DNA of 64,000 nucleotides from Candidatus Cloacimonadales bacterium (GTDB lineage Bacteria; Cloacimonadota; Cloacimonadia; Cloacimonadales; JAIOQZ01): positions 832,001 to 896,000 of the forward strand of contig OY762463.1 in NCBI GenBank assembly GCA_963665815.1. Direction: 5' to 3'. Shown piece after piece: positions 21,582-31,516 of the stretch. The notes below the pieces were generated by a model. It had not been told where the DNA came from, ran no database searches, and saw nothing but the letters and a program-made list of their open reading frames with translations. A program made the position numbers and the translations under genes. Every line of letters begins with the position of its first letter. Position 1 is the first letter of the stretch.

Positions 21582-23075
21582 GTTATCTGTTATATCATCT
21601 CCAATGGGGTTATTGGGATTAAGATAAGCCATAGGATCGTAATCCGTGAATTCATGAATATTGAGTTCATATGTATTTCCCCCACCAATCCCAAGTCTCG
21701 GATTTCCTACAATGAAATTATCATAATGCGGGTAAATCCCCCAGCCTTGCTCAAATTCATGAAGGCTAGCTCCATTAGATATAAACAATTCACTCCCTAC
21801 GTCCAGATAAATACTGCAAGGGCCATAATGCAGTGCATATTTATATCCCGGACTATTTGTTCTTGTGAGTATAGAGTACTGAAGCCTTAGCACTACATCA
21901 CTGAGATTTTCAATAACTATATATGATAATGAAGGATCTAAACCATAACTTCTAGCGTTAATTTCAGCAAACTTCAAATCTCCGGGCATAGCATAACGCC
22001 AATAGCCTAAAAGTAGGGCATCACTTAGCACACCGGGGTCTGCAAAGCTGATATTATCTCCATAATTATATGCTCTTCTCTGATTTGTCCCGATTGCCGG
22101 AAAAGAATTCCACTGCTCAAGGTTTGAGTCAACAAGACTATAGGATACTCCTTCGCCAATATCAAGCTCAAATTCTCCCTGAAGGAAATTCGCAGGTATA
22201 TCAACACCATAAGCAAGTGCATTAACTCCACCACCAATCCAAGTTGATGCAAACTCACTTAAAGTAGCTCCCCTGGAAACAACAAGACAACCATATGGTG
22301 GAATTAAACCTGTAAGATAAAATCTATAGTCAGAATCATTACTTTTGGTTAATATTAGATTTGATATATCTACTGTATAGCATGATGCATTATAAATTTC
22401 CAGGAATGCAGCATTCTCATTACTTCCGGGAACATTATCCGAACCTTCCGAAATATAGATATCTCCCTTATCAGGGAATACAATCACAGAATCTGTTATG
22501 CAAACTGTATCTATAACAGTCGTTAAACCGGTGACAGTAAAATTGATATCTTGAGAAAAGCTCCCATTCGGTACCGGATTGCCATCATATAATGTTATCT
22601 GGTTTTGCACACCGCTTTGATCCCAGTGTATTCCGAGGAATTCGAAATCATCAATGACATCAAAAACCATTACTGCACAATCAGTCCATGTATCTCCGAG
22701 ATTGTAACATACTCCCGGAATTGTCGGTGCCCAGGGGTAAAGACCATTTATACCACATTTTATAGAAGACATTTCAACAGGTACAATTGTATAGACATCT
22801 AATACACTGAAAGCAGTATGGTCTTCAATTGGTCCAAGACTGTAGGAGTCCGAACAGTTAAAACTAATTGCAGCATTATTATATAGTATTCTCTGTGCAA
22901 AAAAACCAAGAGGAACATCCCCGGCATTTGATTTAATCTGGAGTTTTATTTTATATTGATTGTTCACAGCATCATAACCCATGCCATCAGAATCATAAAC
23001 CATGTTATAATCTATACTGCCGTATAAAAAAACAGACAAACCAAAATACAATGTAAGTATAAAAAATATTTTCAT
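21267..23075 (-). CDS. Secreted protein with a possible cohesin-like N-domain, lamin-tail-like domains and T9SS-type C-terminal domain
   Basis: Signal peptide; GDIYISE...FLEIYN..VDIS and GDLKFAEIN lamin-tail-like motifs; CTD. Confidence 0.8.
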   Translation of the reverse strand: MKIFFILTLYFGLSVFLYGSIDYNMVYDSDGMGYDAVNNQYKIKLQIKSNAGDVPLGFFAQRILYNNAAISFNCSDSYSLGPIEDHTAFSVLDVYTIVPVEMSSIKCGINGLYPWAPTIPGVCYNLGDTWTDCAVMVFDVIDDFEFLGIHWDQSGVQNQITLYDGNPVPNGSFSQDINFTVTGLTTVIDTVCITDSVIVFPDKGDIYISEGSDNVPGSNENAAFLEIYNASCYTVDISNLILTKSNDSDYRFYLTGLIPPYGCLVVSRGATLSEFASTWIGGGVNALAYGVDIPANFLQGEFELDIGEGVSYSLVDSNLEQWNSFPAIGTNQRRAYNYGDNISFADPGVLSDALLLGYWRYAMPGDLKFAEINARSYGLDPSLSYIVIENLSDVVLRLQYSILTRTNSPGYKYALHYGPCSIYLDVGSELFISNGASLHEFEQGWGIYPHYDNFIVGNPRLGIGGGNTYELNIHEFTDYDPMAYLNPNNPIGDDITDNSDVNRYTEVTNVKGNYPNPFNPETSIEFSLKGHSNEEVEVNLTVYNIKGQKVITLIDGKINPSGQHSVRWSGKDDTGNSVSSGVYFYKLQTPDYSETGKMVLMK

Positions 23076-23106
23076 AAACTCCTCTCAGATCAAAGTTAAA
23101 AAAAAA

Positions 23107-23422
23107 TCTATTTCATCAAAACCATTTTTCCTGTTTCAGAATAATCCGGTGTTTGAAGTTTATAGAAATATACTCCGGAACTAACGGAATTTCCTGTATC
23201 GTCTTTTCCACTCCACCTCACAGAATGTTGTCCGGAAGGATTAAGCTTCCCGTCTATGAGAGTAATTACTTTCTGACCTTTAATATTGTAAACTGTGAGA
23301 TTAACTTCAACTTCTTCATTTGAATGTCCCTTTAGTGAGAACTCTATAGATGTTTCAGGATTGAATGGGTTTGGATAGTTACCCTTTACATTGGTTACTT
23401 CTGTATATCTGTTTACATCTGA
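23107..23422. repeat. Copy 2 of the ~316-bp direct repeat
   Basis: Matches 21266-21581. Confidence 0.92.
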
Positions 23423-24907
23423 ATTACCGGTTAATTTGTCACCTTGGGTTGGATCAATAAGATTAGTAGCAACAAGGTCATCTATTCTGTCATCTTCAGA
23501 CATAATTGTTAATGCATTAGAGTCTGTACTGAATTCACGTATAGAGAGTTCATAGTAGTTTCCTCCACCAATCGCAAGTTGAGAATCACCTTGAAGAAAT
23601 TGTCCTTGAAAACCATCACCCCAGAAACGTTCGAAAATATCCTGTGATGCCCCATTAGTTATTATAACTTCTTCTCCGGCTAAAAGGTATACCCAGTCAA
23701 AACCGTTTATCAAAGCAAAACTGAAGCTTTCTCCATTTATCTTTCGAAGCAGACAGTTTTCCAGCTTCAAGGTTTCGTTACTTGTATTTTTTACAACAAT
23801 ATATGAAACCGAAGGATCTATGTCATAAGCTCTGGCATTGACTTCTCCAAAACTTAAATCCCCCTCTGCAGGATGACGCCAGGTTATTGGTCCGCCAATT
23901 GAGAAAAAACCCGGAGTTGCGAATGAGGGATTACCAGGACTCCAATTATCAGGAGTGACTCTCTGCATTCTTGAACCACTTACAACAACAGGGGAAATAT
24001 CTAAAATTTCACCGCTTACATGAACCAGATTGTAACTATGACCTCCACCAATATCAAGGCTGATACTTCCTCGTATAAAAGCACTATTTTGATTAAAACC
24101 ATTTCCTCCCCAGACATTCAGAAAATTAGTAATCGTTGCACCGTTTGAAACGACCATGCATTCGAGAGGCGTGATTCTGCCACTAAGAGGAATAAAACTT
24201 GTAGTGTTATTATTTTGTGCTATTGTCAAAGTGGACAGATCAACAACATTACCTGAAACATTAAGAATTTCAATAAAACCTGTGTTCAGGTCGTTTCCAG
24301 GTGAGTGTGGAGAGATTTCGGATATAAACAAGTCTCCAACTGAAGGTTGAACTGCATTGCCGGATATAGAAATATCATGATCCCCCAAAAAACTTCCATT
24401 AGCTACATCAGGGCTGTTATATTGTGTAATGTGGTTTTGCACCCCGCTTTGATCCCAATGAATATCGACTGTAAACTCACTATTAACCACATCGAAAACC
24501 ATAACTGCACAGTCTGTCCAGGTATCCCCAAGATTGTAACACATCACGGGAGAAGTTGCAGGTCCATCGTAAATGCCATTAATTCCGCATTTCACTGGTG
24601 ACATCTCCACTGGCAGAAGAGTATAAACATCCATTGCACTTGCAAATAAATAATCTTCAACAGGTCCTAAACTGTAAGAATCTGTAATATTGAATGAAAG
24701 ACAAGCATTGTTATAAAGCAATCTCAGATTAAAGTACCCCATTGGAATATCACCTGCATTGGATTTAATCTGCAATTTAACTCTATATTGATTATTCACA
24801 TTGTCATATCCCATGCCATCAGAATCATAAACCATGTTATAATCTATACTGCTATACAAGAAAGCAGTTAATACAAAAAATACAAAAAAAATTGAAACCA
24901 GTCTCAT
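23108..24907 (-). CDS. Tandem paralog of 21267..23075 (lamin-tail-like domains plus T9SS-type C-terminal domain)
   Basis: Same architecture; shared SIDYNMVYDSDGMGYD start and almost identical CTD; GGAGG RBS. Confidence 0.8.
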   Translation of the reverse strand: MRLVSIFFVFFVLTAFLYSSIDYNMVYDSDGMGYDNVNNQYRVKLQIKSNAGDIPMGYFNLRLLYNNACLSFNITDSYSLGPVEDYLFASAMDVYTLLPVEMSPVKCGINGIYDGPATSPVMCYNLGDTWTDCAVMVFDVVNSEFTVDIHWDQSGVQNHITQYNSPDVANGSFLGDHDISISGNAVQPSVGDLFISEISPHSPGNDLNTGFIEILNVSGNVVDLSTLTIAQNNNTTSFIPLSGRITPLECMVVSNGATITNFLNVWGGNGFNQNSAFIRGSISLDIGGGHSYNLVHVSGEILDISPVVVSGSRMQRVTPDNWSPGNPSFATPGFFSIGGPITWRHPAEGDLSFGEVNARAYDIDPSVSYIVVKNTSNETLKLENCLLRKINGESFSFALINGFDWVYLLAGEEVIITNGASQDIFERFWGDGFQGQFLQGDSQLAIGGGNYYELSIREFSTDSNALTIMSEDDRIDDLVATNLIDPTQGDKLTGNSDVNRYTEVTNVKGNYPNPFNPETSIEFSLKGHSNEEVEVNLTVYNIKGQKVITLIDGKLNPSGQHSVRWSGKDDTGNSVSSGVYFYKLQTPDYSETGKMVLMK

Positions 24908-25109
24908 ATTTCCTCCATTTGCTAGAAAATCTTTATTATTATGTTTGTGTAATTATTCTAAAATTTATATTTTCTCCGTTTTGAACCTGAGTAAATTCTG
25001 TATCTGAAACAATGTTTACCATGCTCCAGCCCGATCATTCCACACTTCTCTATACATTTCAGCAGAATTAAATTATTTATTGATTAACACTTTAATTTAT
25101 TCTTACTTA

Positions 25110-25137
25110 ATATTATATATCGTAAGTTCAGTGTCAA
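25110..25137 (-). promoter_or_regulatory. Putative sigma70 promoter for the 24907 gene
   Basis: Minus strand TTGACA-N16-TAATAT. Confidence 0.45.
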
Positions 25138-25208
25138 CAAATTTATTTTTATCAAAAAAATATTTTATTCGAGTTAACTTAATTATTTTCTCAAATTATC
25201 TAACAAAT

Positions 25209-25324
25209 ATTTATTTCATCAGAACCATTTTTCTGGTCTGTATAGAATCATTAGTTCTAAGTTTGTAAAAATACACTCCCGAGCTGACTGATTTTCCTGA
25301 TTCATCCCTGCCGTTCCATTTAAC
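25209..25324. repeat. Copy 1 of a ~116-bp direct repeat (3' end of the sorting domain)
   Basis: Matches 26395-26510 with one mismatch. Confidence 0.9.
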
Positions 25325-26368
25325 CGAATGCTTCTCTTTTAAGCTCATTACATCGTCGATTAATGTAATAACCTTCTGTCCTTTAATATTATAAACTGAT
25401 AGATCTACATCTACAGGGCTGGTATACTTGTCGCTCATGTCAAACTCAATTGTTGTTTCAGGATTGAACGGATTAGGGTAGTTAGAGATATGAAGATTTG
25501 CCTCAGCGAAATCAGTTACTCCCGCAGGAATAGTTATTGACTTAGGGAAATAATATCCCTCAATTATTCCTCCGGTCTGTACAACCTCAATCCAATAGTG
25601 GTATATCTGCTCCGAATGCACATCAGTATCAACAAACTCATATTGGTTGTTATTATCCATCTCATGCAAAATAAAATTACCTGAATTCAATATCGAGGCA
25701 GTTGAGAAATCAGAACTTACACTTCTCCAGAGTCTGAACCCCATCAAATCTGTTTCGGATATTGATACCCAAAACACATGTACATCAAAATATCTGTCTA
25801 CTGAAACATAAAAACTTTGGAAATCTACTGAAAGGATCTGGTACTCACTAGTTACTCCCGGATCAGCTGTTGTTGGAGGTGAAGGAGCTGACCATTGGTT
25901 TGGTTGTGTTTGAACTACACGTTCCCAGGCATTTACTACAGGTGTTGCATCAATTTCTAAACGTACATCCGGTAAATTTAGAGAATAATCGTAACCGCAA
26001 CCGATACCGATTAATAAATCACCTTGTACGAATAATGTTGTATTTATATCAAGTGTTACTCCCCAGGCAGATTCGAATGAAACTAGATCAGCACCGTTAG
26101 TAATTATAACTATACCGAATGCAGGAACTGTTCCTGCGAGGTTAACTGTATATAATGTTTTAGCGTTTTCTAATGTTACGCCTGAAAGAGATACTTCGTC
26201 TGCCGTGATGTTTTTTATTTCAATAAATCCTGTTGATTGAGATTCACCTGCATTGTTGCATGAAATTTCACTGAAATATATTTGACCTTGGTTAACAGCA
26301 TTAAGACTGGAACCTGCAGCAAAATATAAAAAAAATAAAACAAATGATGTTAATAATAATCTCTTCAA
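25211..26368 (-). CDS. Secreted lamin-tail-like domain protein with Ig-like module and T9SS-type C-terminal domain
   Basis: TTG start with AGGAG RBS; signal peptide; GQIYFSEI...GFIEIKN; LSVDFQSF...GFRLWRS...YEFVD; CTD. Confidence 0.8.
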   Translation of the reverse strand: MKRLLLTSFVLFFLYFAAGSSLNAVNQGQIYFSEISCNNAGESQSTGFIEIKNITADEVSLSGVTLENAKTLYTVNLAGTVPAFGIVIITNGADLVSFESAWGVTLDINTTLFVQGDLLIGIGCGYDYSLNLPDVRLEIDATPVVNAWERVVQTQPNQWSAPSPPTTADPGVTSEYQILSVDFQSFYVSVDRYFDVHVFWVSISETDLMGFRLWRSVSSDFSTASILNSGNFILHEMDNNNQYEFVDTDVHSEQIYHYWIEVVQTGGIIEGYYFPKSITIPAGVTDFAEANLHISNYPNPFNPETTIEFDMSDKYTSPVDVDLSVYNIKGQKVITLIDDVMSLKEKHSVKWNGRDESGKSVSSGVYFYKLRTNDSIQTRKMVLMK

Positions 26369-26394
26369 TTTACTCTCCTGTATTTTAAAATTCC

Positions 26395-26510
26395 ATTTAT
26401 TTCATCAGAACCATTTTTCTGGTCTGTATAGAATCATTAGTTCTAAGTTTGTAAAAATACACTCCCGAGCTGACTGGTTTTCCTGATTCATCCCTGCCGT
26501 TCCATTTAAC
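26395..26510. repeat. Copy 2 of the ~116-bp direct repeat
   Basis: Matches 25209-25324. Confidence 0.9.
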
Positions 26511-29174
26511 AGTGTACTTTTCTTTCAAGCTTTGAATGCCATCAACAAGACTGATTACCTTTTGCCCTTTAGCATTATAGATTGTCAAGTTAACATTGAT
26601 CGGTTCACCATATCTCCCCTTCAGTCTGTATTCGATTGTTGTTTCCGGATTGAACGGATTGGGATAATTACATTTCAATTCAGTTCTATCGCTGTAATAT
26701 GGTGGAATATCATCTGAATCCCATAAAGTTGCACTTACAGGACCATGAGTTACAGAATTTCCATCCAGACTTACAATCTGCAGCCAGTAGTAAAGTTTTG
26801 TACCTTCCGGTATATCTTCAGTATCATTATCAATGTATTTAAATTCTAATGTGTTAACAGTGGTTGAAATATCCTCGAATGTCAGGAATTCAGCCTGATC
26901 ATAGAATTCGTTGTCATTCCTGTATAATGTGAATCCAAGCAGATCAGAATCAGAACCAAGACTCCAATCCAGACTAACTTTGTTTCCGGATATTGCTACA
27001 GCTTCAAATGACGAAAGTATAACAGGTAAAGACTGATCTTCCGGATCTCCAATTGCCCAGTTCGAGAACTCTGTAACTCCTGTTACAGTTACCGAATTAT
27101 TCGCAGTATTAACAACTCCTCCCGCAAATTGCCACTCAGCACCATTGAATCTGTATAAGCTTAGCCTTGCTTCCGATTCCGAGGGAGAAGTAAATCCTGC
27201 CCCTGCCAGTTCTTCATCAGTATAATATAAGGTAAGATCAGCATTGAAAGCTGCTCCGCCTGCATCAATGTCAAACCAGCAAGACAGACATGTTGAGCCA
27301 TCAGGTATATTGGACGGCTTTGAAGTATGCTTAATCAATTTCAGTGTATCTATTGATTCAGATACAAAATCTATCACTGCAATTGTATCCTGAGAAACAA
27401 AGTCATATTCACCTGTACCGTTAATCTCCGCATTTACCTGCAGAGCAGATGCATCAACTGCTGCTTTTGCATTCAGTTTACCATAACCGAATTTATAGTT
27501 TGGACTGTTTCCGCCATAGGAAGAGCTCTGAGTTTCTATATCGGTATAAACATTATCTGTCAGTTTGTTCAATATATAAGATGCATCAGCATCATTATAC
27601 TTTTCCAGCAACAATGCAGCAGTACCTGCAACATGTGGAGCTGCTCCGCTTGTACAGCACAAGGAACTGTAACCGGTATCCGAAGAAGCATCCGGTGCGT
27701 ATACATCCGTAGGCGCAGAAACATCCGGTTTCTGTATGCCATAATACCCACCAAAACTTGAGCCCCAGTACGCTCTGCCATTAGAACAGCTATAACCTCC
27801 AACAAGTATTACTGACTCAGACATTCCATATACATTGAGTGATGGAGCCTGTACTGTATAATTGTTGAACTCGGCATCAATTCCGGAAGAATAAACCTGT
27901 CCCCACCATTCTCCACCATTATCATCATGAGCTTCACTGATAGGTTCCAGAGAAAGTGTCCAAATATCTCCGGCTGTAATTGTTCCGCTTTCGTCCGATA
28001 CAACAAATTCGATGTAAGGATTATCAATTGCAGTGGAGTCATGAGCTACATACACTCTGCCATATGGTGTATCAAAAGATGATGTTCCTGAAATTACTGC
28101 ATATTGCGTAGATCCGGGATCAGTAATCCTGAGATTAAATTGATCTCCCGTATAATAATAGTATCTACTTACCAGATAATCAATATTTTCTGTCAGTGAT
28201 CCTGATATTTCGATTTCAATATCATCAACCGGATTAGAATAGCTTGTTGCAGATGCACTCAGTTGGTGAGAATTATACCAGTTACCACCGGCAACCGATA
28301 CTGCTCTCCCCTCTCCAGAAAAAGACTCAAGAGCTTCAGCAACAGGATGAGAACCATCAGGTTCTCCCCAGAATGTTCCAAGACTGATAGATAACACAAC
28401 AGGTACTCCTGGATAAGCAGCATCAGAAATCTGTTTAATGTAATTTATCGCATCAATAGTATATGAGGTTCCCGATGCCTTCTGCACATAAATTATGCTT
28501 GCACCGGGAGCAATTCCTTTCAATTCATTATTTATAGAACCGGAACCATCTCCGCTTGCAATACCTGCACATTGAGTACCGTGGTTATATCCGTTAACGA
28601 TTGCAGGACCGGAACCGGAATTCAAGTCACTTTCGGAATATTCATAACCAAAATCGTATCCGGATGGAGCATTCCCATCATGCTGCTGATCCCATATTCT
28701 GAGAATTCTTGTTGAATCCTCATCATCTTTGAAAGCTGCGTGTGCCCAGTTAAAAGGATGTGAATCTATAATCCCGATGATCACTCCGGCTCCAGTAAAT
28801 CCCTCAGCGTGAACAGAGTCTGCATTAATGCCTGCATATCGACTGCTTATGTAATTGTATGGTCTGGAATTATCCATTAACTCAATATCAGAAACATCCT
28901 TGTAGATTTTGCGTAATAATCTTCTGCAATCCGGATTATTCAAAGATTGTAAAGGAACAACAGCAGATTTTATGTTACCCAAATCAGTAATAACCTGTAT
29001 TCCCTTTTCAGCCAGTTGACAAGGAGAAGCATCAGATTCAATAATACATCTTACTAAATCATTATTTCTTTCAGTTGTATTAGACCAATTGAGGTAAACA
29101 GGTACTCTTAAACAGTAAATTGAGCTAAAACTCAGTATGATCATAATTAATAGGGTTTTATATTGTTTTTTCAT
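26397..29174 (-). CDS. Secreted S8 (subtilase) serine peptidase with T9SS-type C-terminal domain
   Basis: Triad motifs GIIDS, NHGTQCAGIA, TSGAAPHVAG; KPDVSAP; FGYGKLNA; LPVILSSF module; CTD; start MKKQYK at 29174 (the ORF is open to 29192). Confidence 0.9.
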   Translation of the reverse strand: MKKQYKTLLIMIILSFSSIYCLRVPVYLNWSNTTERNNDLVRCIIESDASPCQLAEKGIQVITDLGNIKSAVVPLQSLNNPDCRRLLRKIYKDVSDIELMDNSRPYNYISSRYAGINADSVHAEGFTGAGVIIGIIDSHPFNWAHAAFKDDEDSTRILRIWDQQHDGNAPSGYDFGYEYSESDLNSGSGPAIVNGYNHGTQCAGIASGDGSGSINNELKGIAPGASIIYVQKASGTSYTIDAINYIKQISDAAYPGVPVVLSISLGTFWGEPDGSHPVAEALESFSGEGRAVSVAGGNWYNSHQLSASATSYSNPVDDIEIEISGSLTENIDYLVSRYYYYTGDQFNLRITDPGSTQYAVISGTSSFDTPYGRVYVAHDSTAIDNPYIEFVVSDESGTITAGDIWTLSLEPISEAHDDNGGEWWGQVYSSGIDAEFNNYTVQAPSLNVYGMSESVILVGGYSCSNGRAYWGSSFGGYYGIQKPDVSAPTDVYAPDASSDTGYSSLCCTSGAAPHVAGTAALLLEKYNDADASYILNKLTDNVYTDIETQSSSYGGNSPNYKFGYGKLNAKAAVDASALQVNAEINGTGEYDFVSQDTIAVIDFVSESIDTLKLIKHTSKPSNIPDGSTCLSCWFDIDAGGAAFNADLTLYYTDEELAGAGFTSPSESEARLSLYRFNGAEWQFAGGVVNTANNSVTVTGVTEFSNWAIGDPEDQSLPVILSSFEAVAISGNKVSLDWSLGSDSDLLGFTLYRNDNEFYDQAEFLTFEDISTTVNTLEFKYIDNDTEDIPEGTKLYYWLQIVSLDGNSVTHGPVSATLWDSDDIPPYYSDRTELKCNYPNPFNPETTIEYRLKGRYGEPINVNLTIYNAKGQKVISLVDGIQSLKEKYTVKWNGRDESGKPVSSGVYFYKLRTNDSIQTRKMVLMK

Positions 29175-29374
29175 ACTCAAAATTATGAACATGACTCAGT
29201 ATTTTGCAAGTTTTTTTTATCATGACAACTTTTTTTTTGTGTTTCCAGTGCTTTATGCTTAATTTTTCATTGTTATCAAATTTTAAAAAAATCTCGATAA
29301 ATACTGATATAATGTTTTTTATTGACAAAAATAGTGATTTAACTAACAAAAAGAAAAAACGAAATAGGTGAAGC

Positions 29375-31516
29375 ATGTCTTTTCAAGAAAAAATTGAGAA
29401 CAATCTTAATGAGCTATCTGCAGCAATAATTGATATTGATGAAAAAGATAATCAGGAAATCGGTCAGTTACTGATTCAGTTTGAAAATCTCGTAAAACTT
29501 ATGAAAGATGAAATCACTCCTGAAGTTGATTATATCATCAAAGAAATTTCGAAATGTCTGGAATCATTAATTCTTAACGATATTGATCCTGTTGATGATA
29601 TTGATGCAGTCTATGAAGCAATCTTTAAAAACTTTGAAGATTTAAGCAACTATATAACAAAACCTGCAAAACGAACCGGACTCTCAGAGCAGATTAAAAC
29701 CAGAATGAATGCTCCCGATGAAAGATCAGCAAAAGAGCAAGTCCCACTTGATGAAACTGAAGAACCGAGCGAAATTGATGAACCATCTGCATCTGAAGAG
29801 TCAATAACTGCTGAGCAGAATGATCCCTATGCAGATTTGAATAAGCAGGATGAAGAACTGGATATGAATGATGAAGATGACGATATTTTCCTGGACTTTC
29901 TTCAGGAAACTCATGAATATATCGAAACTCTTGAAAATGAAATCATAGACCTTGAAGGTGATCCTACAAACAAAGAAATCATTAACAATGTATTTCGACC
30001 TTTCCATACGCTTAAAGGGGTTTCAGGATTCATGGGATTGAAATTACTGACAAATATTTCTCATGAGACTGAAAATCTGCTTGATATGGCAAGAAACGAT
30101 AAACTGGCAATAGACGAGTCTATTATACAGGGGATTCTTAACTCTCTTGATATGATAAAAAGCATTGTAAATAAATTGTCACCGGAAAACAGAAAAGAGC
30201 AAATTGATCAAAGCAGAGTAGACCAGCAGATAAATCTTCTTAAGATTTTGATCTCTCAGGAAAAGAAACCGGCAGATTTGAAACTGGATCTTACAAAACC
30301 TGAAGATAAAGATGAAGCCGATGATAAACCTGCATCATCTTCTAATTCAAATGAACGCCAGAAAGATGCCCGGGTAAAAGTAAAAACCGATAAACTTGAT
30401 TATCTCGTGGATATGGTAGGTGAATTAGTTATCAATGCAAACCTTGTTGCTCAGGATAAAAACATTGCTAAGATAACTAATCAGGAATTTCTCAAAAAAC
30501 TAAGTCATATGAACAGGGTTGTCAGTGAACTTCAGAATGCTTCCATGGCATTACGTATGATTCCTATTGCGTCAACATTTTCCAGAATGAAAAGAGTTGT
30601 CAGGGATTACACTCATAAATCCGGCAAAAAAATAAATCTTGTTCTCAAAGGTGAAGACACTGAAATCGACAGAAACATTGTAGACAGTCTTTACGATCCG
30701 CTTGTACATATGATTCGAAACTCCTGTGATCATGGAATAGAAGACTCAGAAGCCAGGAGTAAAACCGACAAACCCAAAGAAGGTACAATCACCCTTGAAG
30801 CATATCACAAGGGAAACAATATTGTGATAGAGGTTATTGATGATGGTAAGGGACTGGATAAAGAAGCTATTCTTGAAAGAGCAATTGAAAGAGGACTTGC
30901 AAAGCCAAACGAAACCCTTACAGACCAGCAGATATTCCAATTTATTATGATGGCTGGATTTTCTACCGCAAAAAAAATAACAAATGTTTCCGGTCGTGGT
31001 GTAGGAATGGATGTTGTTAATCAGACATTAAAGAACCTTGGTGGACGTGTTGATATAAAATCAGAAAAAGGGAAAGGCAGTATATTCAGTATCAGTTTAC
31101 CGCTTACTCTGGCAATAATTGAAGGTATGCTGGTCAAGAATGGTGATGAACTGTTTATCATTCCGGTTATAAATGTGAAGAGAACACTAAAACCTGATCC
31201 TGCTGCAATCAACAAAATTGTTGGTAAGGGCGAAACCCTTAATCTGCACGATAATCTTATACCTATTTTAAAGCTTTATGATGTTTTTGATACACCAAAT
31301 GCTAAAAAGAACTATGAAGATACACTGCTGATTATTGTTGCAGGCGGTAAAGGAAAAGACTTTGCAATACTTGTGGACCAACTTATTGGTATACAGGATG
31401 TAGTAATTAAGAGTCTTGGAGAAAAATTCAAAAAACTTAAAGGTATCTCAGGAGCAACTATTCTCGGAGATGGATCAGTTGGACTGATTCTGGACGTTAA
31501 CAGTCTGCATGATTGA
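29375..31516 (+). CDS. cheA: Chemotaxis histidine kinase CheA
   Basis: HPt FRPFHTLKG; KLDYLVDMVGELVI; DPLVHMIRNSCDHGIE; SGRGVGMDVV; C-terminal CheW-like domain. Confidence 0.97.
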   Translation: MSFQEKIENNLNELSAAIIDIDEKDNQEIGQLLIQFENLVKLMKDEITPEVDYIIKEISKCLESLILNDIDPVDDIDAVYEAIFKNFEDLSNYITKPAKRTGLSEQIKTRMNAPDERSAKEQVPLDETEEPSEIDEPSASEESITAEQNDPYADLNKQDEELDMNDEDDDIFLDFLQETHEYIETLENEIIDLEGDPTNKEIINNVFRPFHTLKGVSGFMGLKLLTNISHETENLLDMARNDKLAIDESIIQGILNSLDMIKSIVNKLSPENRKEQIDQSRVDQQINLLKILISQEKKPADLKLDLTKPEDKDEADDKPASSSNSNERQKDARVKVKTDKLDYLVDMVGELVINANLVAQDKNIAKITNQEFLKKLSHMNRVVSELQNASMALRMIPIASTFSRMKRVVRDYTHKSGKKINLVLKGEDTEIDRNIVDSLYDPLVHMIRNSCDHGIEDSEARSKTDKPKEGTITLEAYHKGNNIVIEVIDDGKGLDKEAILERAIERGLAKPNETLTDQQIFQFIMMAGFSTAKKITNVSGRGVGMDVVNQTLKNLGGRVDIKSEKGKGSIFSISLPLTLAIIEGMLVKNGDELFIIPVINVKRTLKPDPAAINKIVGKGETLNLHDNLIPILKLYDVFDTPNAKKNYEDTLLIIVAGGKGKDFAILVDQLIGIQDVVIKSLGEKFKKLKGISGATILGDGSVGLILDVNSLHD

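Noticed and set aside
21266-26510. Near-identical 3' repeats as a diversity-generating retroelement (TR/VR pair)
   Set aside because: No reverse transcriptase in the window, both copies lie in coding 3' ends, and the few mismatches are not confined to adenines of one copy
29274-29310. Sigma28 promoter upstream of cheA
   Set aside because: The best match, TAAA-N15-ACTGATAT, has several mismatches in very AT-rich DNA; CTCGATAA lacks a correctly spaced -35
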